Shown here: positions 1 to 12,000 of the stretch, piece by piece
Numbering within the stretch: position 1 is the first letter of the stretch
How the letters are laid out: every line of letters begins with the position of its first letter
IMG/VR virus record: IMGVR_UViG_3300033182_000769
Coordinates: 32,001 to 96,000 of that record
DNA: 64,000 nucleotides
Reading direction: 5' to 3' (one strand)
Source: a virus
Notes under the pieces: generated by a model
Database searches by the model: none
Told to the model about the DNA's origin: nothing
The model's input: the letters and a program-made list of their open reading frames with translations, nothing else
Program-made: the position numbers and the translations under genes

Positions 1-3000
1 GCTTTTCTTAACCTACTTCCGCCTGCAAATACTTCAAGAGTATCGCACTGTCCGTATTCTGCAGGAATAGTATCTCTATGCCAGTTAGAAATATTACTCT
101 TTGTTGGAACAAATCCAAGAGGTCCAATTAGCGTACTGCTGCCGTCGCTATAGAAATCATATCTTTCCTGGGTCTCTTTATAAGGAAGTGTTTCTGATAC
201 ACCACCATTTGTAACTAATGTTCCAACTTTTGATATATCTTTAATTGCTGTTCCAAATGCACCACGTCTTAACTGTGAAAGAATATTTCCAGTTTTCTGC
301 ATATATTCGATCTTCTCGTTATTAATAATAACAACGCCCGGTTGGTTCTTACTCGGGACAGGATCATCTAACTCTGTAGCATCGTTGACTTCAATTGTCA
401 AGTCATAATAAAGTAAATCTTTAGCAAGCTCTACGTCTGCTGCAGAATAACGTTTATAATGGTAAACATTTAACATATCCTTTTGAATCTCAAATGCACT
501 TGGAAGTCTGTAAATTTTAGATCCAAAAACTACTGTTTTAATTAAATCAGTGTCTACACTATCAACTAACAAATAAACTACGTTCTTACCCCTGTCTACA
601 GAATAATCAATATCCTGAGTCAAACGTTCTCCATTTTTATACACCCATACATATGAAACATCTAATGGAGTTCTTGCTAATTGATAGAAGACTTTACCAC
701 CGGTAGTTTCGTCGGAGATCATATCCATAGATGGATACTCGCCAAACCAAATAATTGATATTTCATCACCTAAGTTCATGTTAACATTGTCGTGAATTAG
801 AATGTTGTTACCAAATAACTCAAACTCAGCTCTAAAGTTATTTTCAATCTTAATACTGTCGCCGACAGTTACCGCTGTTTCTTCAATCGTTAATTCTTTA
901 GTTGTACCATCATATACATAGTCTTGAATAAATGTTAATCTTTCATTATTAACAAACACTTTAATGTTTTCAGGAAGTATTGCGCCAGGTGCTTCGTACG
1001 GATCGTTACCGAGTGTAAATTTACGGTTAGTGCCGTCATATACTTCAAAAATAGTATCCGGACCTTGTAATGCTCTGCCATTAACTTCAGCAATAATTGA
1101 CGAAAGTGCAGATCCTCTCGACAAGTCAACAAACGTGTCAATATCAACACTTCGTGTACTACCTTCATACTGTGTAACTTGTTGTCCAACCCTAACAATA
1201 GATTGCTGACTTGAATCAACATCTAATGCTGCTCCCAAACAAACAATTTTAATTGCTGCAAGATTTGGGGGATTCTCTGCAAACTGTACTAAAGTCTTAT
1301 CTACAGCATCAGTAACATCTGTACTATTAATAAAACCAGCATCAACTGATACACCATTAACTGTAACAAATACAGATGATGTTTTATCATATGGTGCATT
1401 TGTCTGGAATAACGAAGTGTCACCGTCTGCTTCAAACTTTTGATAGTCTAATATTTCAATACCGCCAATATTTACTGATAGTATTTCGATTACCTCGCCT
1501 TCAAGTGGAGCATTTACTAATACAATTCTATTTGTATTCAAATCAACATCATAATCTGTATTAAGAACCTGTTGAACTTTATTAACGTAAACCATTACAG
1601 ATTTACTTTCTAAAATATTTTGACCTACTTCATACTCTCTTGTTGAGCCGTCTGACAATATTGTCTTAGATTTTAATGCAGCCGTGCCATAGATTGAACT
1701 ATGGAATACTTTAATACTAACACTATCAAGAACTTGCCCTGGAACGTTTTCTTCCGGAGACTGTATTTGATCTGGACTAATGAACTTATCGCCGTCGACA
1801 ACAATCTCTTCAGATGTTTTACCAGTAGCGGTACTATATGCGCCGCTCATTGTAGAAAGTGTACCGCCCGATACTCGAGCGTCAATCAAGTTAGGGTCTG
1901 TAATAGTTACAGAACCATCCGACTCTTCTGGTCTAAATATTAAAATATCACCGGGATCTGTTTGGACATACTGGCCAATTTCAATTACAGCAGTAGAACC
2001 GTCACCTATAAAGGTTGGCATTTGAGCGTGTGGGTTGGTTGTTGAAGTACTATCCCAGTTATCGCTATAAGCAGGATCGTCAATTCTTAAAATAGGAGTA
2101 TCATCGATGCCTTCATCCCACTGTAAATCATTAATTGACGGAGGAGAAGTTCTTCTATATTTTTTCAAATAGATTGTAATTATCTTTCCATCTAACGGTA
2201 TATATGGCAATGTTACAAACGTTGTACTACCGTCACAAATAACATAGTAATCACTTGCTGCATCAACACTATCCCATCCATCAGTAAACCAAGGCAAAGC
2301 GTCCCAACCGCCAGTTACTTCAAATGTTGTACCTTGAACTTGTACTCCGCCAAAGTCGATGCCAGTCATTAATTGACCTAACTCTTTACCTTTCATTCCT
2401 GATGACGGATTATAGTACTTGTCTATTCTATTAACGCTATCTAATATCTGATCGTTTTTCTCGTAAAAAATTTCAATCACATCTCCTTTTACAGGAGCAA
2501 TATTAAATTTTAAATTTCCTTCAAGCATACTGTAACCAGTATTTGTAGACAAAGAGTACAAATTAATTGTATACTCGCTACTTAAAACAACCTGTCCATT
2601 ATTAGTAATAACAATTTTACTTTTATCTCTTGACGGCGGATATGTTAATTTGAAAATTGCCGTTTGTCCAGTGGCGATAAATGTCTCATTGAAATTAAAT
2701 TCTCTATAGGTACCTTCTTTGTTTATCCTGTCAAACTTAACACCTAAATTAAATGTTCTCGCTGTAGAGTTACCTAATATTGCCACAGCGGTTGCAACTT
2801 CTGCACCGTTTGGATTTCCGCCTACTAAAGTAATTGTAGCGTATGTGTAACCTTTACCTGGTTTTGTAACCTTAATTCCGCCTACTTTACTATTTGTAAC
2901 GTATGCTATTGCCTCGGCGCCAGTGCCGTCACCTTCAATTAGCACTCTTGGTACGCTGCTATATTCGGCGCCGGATGATGAAAGTTGAATATTTGTTATT

Positions 3001-6000
3001 TCATAACCTTTATTATCTAACCAGAACTTCCAAGGATAATTATTAATCTCATCATTCTTCTGTGTTACAGGAATCACTGCGCCTACAGACTCAAGATATG
3101 CAGGAGGTAGATCAAAATCACTAAATGCTGTTGGAATGTCTGCTACATCTTCGTACTTACTTGTATATTTTCTAATACTCGTTCTGTACGGTTTAACCTC
3201 TTCAATGTACTGTCTAAAATAATCAAGCCCGTCGCTCTTATAATTTGTTCTGCGACAGAAACAACCAACTGTGTGGGTTGCATTTAAGAAACTTGTTTTA
3301 AATACCCAATCAATATATGTCTGTTCTGCTAATGCATATCGAATTGATGTAAAGAATAACTCATTCCACTTGATTTCGTATTCGTGTAAGAACACATCCT
3401 CTTTAAGTGCCGCTAAAAGAAAACGTAATTCTTTTGAATTCTCAATATCATACAACCCTGTATCAAACGACTTTGCATTATCGTAACCAATACCAGACAA
3501 TGACGAATCGTAAATTGCCGGAAGTATTTCAATAGTTCCTTGATATCGTCCGACTAACGAATAATTATCAAACGGTGTAGTTGGCGATTCTGCAATTTTT
3601 TCAAATACTGCCCATCCACCTGCGCCATATTCTTTAATTTTAATCAAATCACCAACTTTGGTCTTAATTTTGGCTTCATCTGATACAAACATTAATTCCT
3701 TTGTAATACGAGAAGAATTGTTGTAGCCGGCTTTCCACCAATCTTTAAACTGCCAGTATCGTGTAGTATCGTATGCTTGTGAACGTGTCCTATAAAACGT
3801 TTGTCTTGCTGAATCCCAAGCATAAATTCCCCAAAAACCATTTGAGTTTTCGTCTGCTTCAACAAGAACGCTAAACGGTCTTACTTTTGCTCTTGCTACA
3901 GAGTATTTTTTACCGGATGTTATCACAGTTACGCTATTAATTCTTCCTTGATTGTCAATAGTTAACTCTGCAGACGCTCCTGAACCATCACCTTCCCACT
4001 CGATCTGAGGTGCAACTTTGTATCCATATCCAGGATTAATAATATCAATGCTGGTTACTGCACCATCAATAATATTAACTCTTAAAATTGCTTGTCTAAC
4101 ACGAGTTGTACCAACAGTTTGTAAATCAATATAAGACGGGACAACCGTATCATAATTTCTCAATAACGGGTCTGGTGCTTGTTCTACCTGATTTAAATTA
4201 TCAAAACTAATAGTATTTGCAAACGGCTGCTCCATTAATATTACATTAACCTTATCAACAAGCATTTCTAACAATGGCAGTCGATTAACAAACATACTTT
4301 GTCTTGGTCTAAAGGCTAACCCATATTTTTGTTTGGCAGGTAAGTATGGATCTGGTACTGTATTGCCTTCTTTATCGTAACCGGCTAAACTATCAATCCA
4401 TTTTTCTTCTAATTTACCAGTAGGTCTGCTTTCTGCAATGCCTTCAGTTAATAACTGATACTCGTTATGAATATTATTTTCCGATTCTATATTCTTATAC
4501 AATTGAATATTCAATAACGCGGTATCATTCTGCATAATAGAATTAATATTGTAAGTAAAAATCTTATCGCTATCTGCTAATACTGCAAATACATAACCTT
4601 GGCCTGCAGGATCATTAATAGCATTTGCCACCTGAGCTGCGGATATTCTGCGACCTACAACGTCTTGAGGTACTACTACGGTGTTCTTAACCCAATAGTA
4701 GTACATTCTACCAATTACTGCTCCTGTTTGAGGATTATACGTCTCTTTAACACTATAAACAATATTATCAATATTTTTTGGCGTTCCTGAAATTCCTTCT
4801 GCTAAACCTTCAGTAATGTCAGCAAGCCCGTACCACTCGCTTGGTAATAGAGGAGACTCAACCCACTCGTAAACGTCAATGACTGAGCCTTCGGCCTGTG
4901 TATTCCAATTACCTAATCTATAAGACAAATCGCCTTGTTCGTAATGTAGCCATTTAACAGTGCTTAAATCCCACCATAACTGACCAACATTTTTAGTTGT
5001 CCATGCAGTGTCTGCATCAACATTTACATCGTCAGTTCCAACTGTATAAGTTGCTGGGTCGTACGGTGTCTGGAATCGTATTTCTTGATCTGCTGCTCGA
5101 AGAATACGCATTTTAACAGGATCTATTATTTCAATGTCTTGTATTTTAATGTTATCTACGTTATCATACAATTCAATACTCTTAATTTTATCAATCCAAA
5201 CAAGCGGCTTCTTGCTTTCCATAGTAGCCCACGAGTTAACTGTTAAACTCTTCTTAAATGTTCTTACGGTACCTGTTTCGGAGCCATACTCGAGTACATT
5301 TTCGTCATCTCTATCTCTGTAAGTAGGAGAGCCTACTGCAATTACGGAGTCTGAGCAATCAACACTCCATCCGAATGATTCATTAAGGCTGAGGTTGTCT
5401 TCTAATTTTTCAGTTAAGAAATACTTATTTCCACGTAACTCAAATACATAAACACTTCCAGCAAAGCCAGCCTCACTAATAAACGATGTTCTCTCTTCGT
5501 CGAATGAGGTATTAAACCCATCAAAGCGTGTTATTGATGTGTAAGGAGTATTGTTCGCTCCAATAACAATCCTACCCGACGTTGGGCTAATAGAAACACT
5601 TTGTCCAAAATACTCGCTTGGGAACTGTTCGTAACTTTCAATCTTTTGTTTTAGTCTAAACTGCATAAACGAACTATCTGATTCGTATTTAAAGATGTAT
5701 GCAGAGCCTTGATTTTGATAGTTAATATCTGCTTTAGGACTTGAAACAATAAACGTTGTTCCAGAAAAGTCGATATCTAACGAATGTCCAAATCTATCAC
5801 CTGAGTTTATTGATTCTCCTTCTACATCGCTAATATCATCTAAACTATCAGTAGTAATAGTTTGTTCTAACGCATAGAATCCAAAATCGTTACGTCTATA
5901 AACAAAAACTTTACCTGCTTCTACTCTTGTACTATCGCCAATCTCCTCCCAAGGCATTCCGCCCGGCTCTTGATTATAACTTGTTGCTACGCCTTCGGAT

Positions 6001-9000
6001 AATCTTTGATATGTAGTATCGTACGCAACGACATCGCCTTCTTTATATTCTAAGTCTGGTCTCCATACTCCTCTAAAGTTTGGAAAATGCTGACCGTCTG
6101 CTTTAGGTGCGCTAACCAATAGAACCGATCCGTCATAGTTCATTTTAACTCGTGTACCAAACTCATCGCCATACTTGAGTAGTTCGGATAATTGGTTGTC
6201 GTCTAATACACCAGACATTAATGTAGATCCGTCGTCGTGTATTGATAAACTATGTGGCAACGAATTCTGAGTTGCCACAGGATCCATTGGCACCCAGTCA
6301 ACCGGTGCCGCACTAATTAAATTATCGTAATCATTACTGTATAAATCTTTTGCGGCATAGTAAGTTTGCTCTTCCCAATAAACAACGCTACCTTTCGGAT
6401 AGAACGATACTGCCATAACTTCTGTTGTGATTGGCGGAACTTCTTGGTTAAGTATGTATACTCCATTTCCTTTTGTCGCACCACTATATTGAGAAATAAT
6501 AGTAGTGCCATCTGTAACGCCAGGTCCTGATAAAATCATACCTAACTCTATTGAGTCAATTGTTGAATCTGTGCCTAATTCCTCAACTGTTACTGATGGT
6601 GTTCCATCTGGCATTGTAGCAAACGTGCCTGTAAAATAGGCGCCGGGATTATAAATTCCTTTATAATTTTTATTTTCTTTAAAATGCCACTTAATAGCAG
6701 TATTGTAATCAAACAAATAAACTCGACCAGTATTTTCTACTGCGCCAATTGCTGACACTGCCATTGTGTAACCCGTTGATGTTTTAGATAATGTTATATC
6801 CGAACCAAAGAATTCGTTGTTAGTAGGTCTTGGACTTACAATATTATATCTGTGATTCCATTGTTCTTCTGCATATTCATACAACATAACCACACCCTGC
6901 TGAGTGTATCCTGATTTGGTTGCTGTTTCGTAAGATTCTATAACTGTTGCTACTGCCCAGTCTTCACTATACACGTTGATTGAACTTCCGTCGCCTGTAA
7001 TATCTCGTTGTGCCTTCCAAAGTTTTCCATCGTAGTAAACAATGTCGCCTTCTGCATAATATAATTCAGGATCGAATGGTCCTTGGAAGTAGGTTCTCAT
7101 ATCACTTGCTTTAGGGGCACCTACTGCTAACCACTTGTTGTCTGGACTTAGTGCCATTGATAGTCCAAATGATCCTAACATCTTAGAAGTATACCCCGAC
7201 GGCGGCGCAATGATCTGCTTCATTTCCAACCCGCCTCTGATATCAATATAACTCATCACAAAGCCTGATCCTGGCATTGAAACTAAAGTGTTAGTTGTAG
7301 TTGAATTATATAAGACCTTGTAGCCTACTTGTTTTGGGTCAGTAATTCCAAAATCAGTTATATTGGTTGGTTCGTATTGCTTTTGCTTCTTCACAACCTC
7401 CCAGAGACCATTTCCGTTATTGTCTATAAACAATTTAGAGCCGTTCTTTAAGATTGCAGATGCCTCTTCTGGTACATCATCGTATGATGCAAATCGTGCA
7501 GTATCTAACCTATACAGTGTTGTATAAGAACTGTCTTCAATTTCAGGTTCCAACGTTCCTTTTTCAACAGCAATTACAATAGAAAATTTTCCATCAACAA
7601 CAGGTGTACTTAAAACTTTAAAGAATCCATTGATATTAGTTACGCTTTTAATACCAATAATTTCCCCAGCGGTAATAGAGTGGGGCTTGTTCATTTGTAA
7701 AGTTACAGAAATCTTATCATCGTTTAATGCTGCATGAGATACCAACAAGTCTTCTGCCAGGCGAACTCTTAGAACAGTCCACTCGTACCCTTCTTCAAAT
7801 GTTACCCAAATATGATCGTTGTCATATACAGAATTAATATTAATATCTAAAATATCATCACGTCTGGCAACTGCCCAGTCGACTTGCGATAACTTAACGT
7901 ACCCTGCGGTTAAATTTTCTTCAACTTCACTCGATGTTGGGATTATATCTGTAGTGAATGGAATTTGTTTAATTGTAAAATTAGACTCAGGTACTCTATA
8001 GATCTTATCAAAATAATTACCAGATGCATCTTTTACAATTTGTACAGGCTGAGGATTTAGTTCAAAGTTTTCTTTATAAATCTCAACTTCAATTTCTTGG
8101 TGTTGATCTACTCCACCTAACTGTCCAACGCGGAATGCCCATTCTTCGTGCAACGCAACTGCTCCGCCGGCGCTTCTAACACTTAACTTATCAAATACTT
8201 TAGAAACAGAATTAGGAGTTCCCTTTTCTCTAATAAATCCTTGATATAGTTGGAATTGTGTTACGGGATCTTCTGCAAGATTTTCTAAATAGTTTCTCTG
8301 TTGGTAACCAATAGTGTGTCTTGCCAGATCTCTCTGAGACTGGCTTATTCCATCTGTAGACACATCGTAAAAATCTTCAAACTCGTTGATTTTAAAATCA
8401 AAGTTTGGAAGCAACTGTCTTTGCGGATCAGAATCTAATAACGTCCAATTACGTTCACTGAAATTTTCAGTTCCTGTATGATTAAATCTCGAAGTCCAGT
8501 ACTTTGATTTATGCGAAACAATATCGCCTAATCTATAATCTGTATATGGAGACCACGATGCAATGTTAACATTGTCAAAGATAAAGCCCGGTGATGTATA
8601 ATCACCATCCCAGTCTGATGTTCTATAACCTTGCGTTTTAATTCTATCTTGTCTATATCCAGTTTCTTTATTATAAATTACATCGTTAAATACCGACTTG
8701 TGATCAAAAACTGCCACGTGCTCTTTTAACACATAATAGAATTTAATAAAATATAAACCTTCAGTTGTGTTTGTAGTAGAAATAGTAACTTTCTTAAAAT
8801 CTCTTTTAACATCAATCAACTTTGGATCCAGTGGTTGGCCGTCGCCACGCAATATATTATATTGATAAAAACTATCTAATAAGTTATCTGCAACACCAAC
8901 TTCTATGTTGATCTGCGCAACTTGGGCTGCCGGACTGATTGTGATAATTGAATTATTTGCCCAGTTGTGGCTGGTCCAAAACATAAACTCTTTTGCTGCC

Positions 9001-12000
9001 GAAATAAAGTCTTGAGCTACTTTATTTTCATAATCATAGTTTTCAAATACGAATCCTTCTCCTTTTAGATATTGTTCGTATCCTAACATAAAATCAACTA
9101 CATCTTGAATATTTGTAAGTTTCTGACCGTAGCTCAAACGCTGAACCTGAGTTTTGTCAAAAGTTCTACGCCTAAATGCTTCAATCGCTCCCCTTAGAGG
9201 CAACTTAGCAAGTTTTTGCCATTTATTAGTTTCAAATGTTTCTGTTTGATGCGTTTCTAATGCCCTATAATAATCTTGTCTGTACTGTACAATAATACCG
9301 TTATTATACTTCTTATTGCTTGTCCATACAGTAAAGCCTTCACTTACGCCGCCAACGCTTAGTAACGGATCTTTTTGACTTGGCACTGGCTTATAATAAT
9401 TAAACCATGGTTGAATATCATCGTACCCGTTAATAGTCCAGCCGCCAGTTATCTTTGTGATAACCAAACCGCTATAAGTAACACTCTTGATAGGCGCACT
9501 AACATTAAAAATTACATCATAGTTTTCATAAGGAATGTAGATGCTACTATTTGACGCTGACGGGTTTTTACTATCTAACAAATATCTTTGTTTTTCTTTA
9601 TCTACGAATCCTGATAATCTTGTAGATAACATAACATCTGTGTTTAAAATTCTATCTTTAATCTCTTGGACATTGAGCCCATTAGATTTTAAGTAAGCGG
9701 TTAAGTAATTAATCAATCCGCTTGAAAGTGTCTCACCGGCTTTAGGAACATCAAACGTGTCTTTCGTTTGGAACATATTAGTTTCTATGTCAACTAACTG
9801 TCCTGCTAAGTTTCTTGTTGTTGTAGCTCTATTAAGATTCGATGTAATAAAATCAAAAGGACGTAATAATGCCATTGCAGTAGTTATTGCATACGGAAAT
9901 TCAGAACTTGTTCTCCAGGCATACTCTGCCGGAGATATATCGCCAAGTTTAAAACTACCTTGGTTATTAATAAGAGTAAAGTTAGTAACCATACCCGAAT
10001 CTAATGGACTTACTACATTTCCATCATAATCGACTGGGATATACGATGTTAATCCTGGTCTCTTATAACGATCGTATGTGCCTGCTCTGTGCCCGTGTCT
10101 AACAATACCATCTTCTAAGTCTTGCCATAACACTAAGTTACCCTTTGTATAAGGTGCTTTACCGTATTCTTCATCCCACCAGTCGGGCTTCTCTGAAAAC
10201 CCTAACATTTCCCAAGGAGTTAAATTAGGACGAGTTGTGTCATAGAACCAGTCGTAAACACCTCTCCACCAACCTGGCAGGTTAACTTTTGACGCAGGGT
10301 CTGTCATGTTTGAATATGTATATGTGAAACTATTTTCACTATCAAAGTATTCATTAATGGTGTAGTTGATATTAGTATTATTAACCCACTTTAAAAACTC
10401 TTGACTTACAATGTCATCAAGGTCTTGCTTGTCATATAGTCCTTTATAATAATACCCTCCAACTACTTCGTCGTTATCAAATACTTCTACATTATATTCT
10501 ACTTTAATATTATTATAAATTCTATATTCTAATTCTAATAATATATCGTCTCGATAATCACCATACGCTGATACTAAACTACCGTCGTGCCCTTGTATCA
10601 TATTCCTTGGCTCGATGTAAGTGTTATCTGCATACATCATTGGTGTATACTTTTTATACATTCCTAATTTTGTTGGCGTCGGAGGGATATGACAAAATGC
10701 TGTAGATCCGTATTCTCTAATTTGAATTGTATCAAATTCTGCCAAGTCAATAGTAAGTGTAATGAAGCCAAATGTGGCATTAAATGTATAATCTCTGTTA
10801 TGTAATAACTGTTTTCCGTTATGATAAACATAAACAGCACGTCGACTTAGTTCTGTAAGATCAAACTTTTCAGTCAGAGCAAATGTTTTTATACCTTCAT
10901 CTTCTACTACATAATCAATAGAATTATAAGCACCACTACCGATCATATCCATGTCAGCAAATGGACTTTTTATACTCTTGGCAAGAGTCATACTATTCAT
11001 AATTTCATCCACAAAATCTGGAATGTTTTCATTGAATTCTAACTCAAGTGCTCTGGATAAAAAGTTGTTCTTAAATGTAACATAGGCCTGTTTTGCATAC
11101 TGAATTGCCTTTACAACACTATCAGTTTTACTACAAAGCATATTAACAGAGATTGGTGTTAAACCAGCGTGTTTCATAAAACGCTTTGAATGTTGCCGAT
11201 AATCACCCAAGTCTCTTAAATTTGAGTTTCCTGGCAATTTTCCAACAAACTCGTCATTAAACTCTAAAGCAGACGCAATGTGATCAGTTGCTTGCCCTAA
11301 TGTAAAACTTGTTAAACTGTCGTTCAGCGGGTTTTTTTCTAATCCTACAGGAAATTCATAATATCCATCTTCAGGATCTACATCTCCAATAATTTTAACA
11401 CTAACTACATCGTTTTCAACAAACGTTGTACTATCAAACGTAAAAGTATTTCTAACTCTTGTATAAGTGTCATGGAGCCTTTCGCCATTAAGATAAAAAT
11501 TAATCTTCCTATTAGGATCTTTATCTAACTCGTCCCAGTCGACAGAAAATAAAGTTGCTCCTGATGTTTCACGAATTAATACAGTGCTATCAAGAATAGG
11601 TTGAATAAAATCGTTACTCGTTCTTATCCAGCCGTTCTGATACTCGTTCTCCATTTTATAGAAGCCAGTAGCAACTTTCTTAGAATACTCTTTTTGCAAT
11701 ATCGTCCAGTTAACTGTATCAGTATCCCAGTTCCAGTTAAACTCAATATCTCCTACATTATTAATGTTAAGATAACTTAAAGGAAATCCTAACTCAGAAT
11801 CATTAGGTCCATTACCTTCTTTGTAACTTACTAACTTTGATCCTTTAAATGTACTACTTGGATATGTTTCTTCATTGCTAAAACTTACACCATCGTTATC
11901 AAATACATCATATAATGGTGGTTGATTAACTTTAGTCTTTTCTTGACTTTTAACCCAATGCGTTCCGTCAAAGTGATACATTTTTCCAGCATTTTCATTT

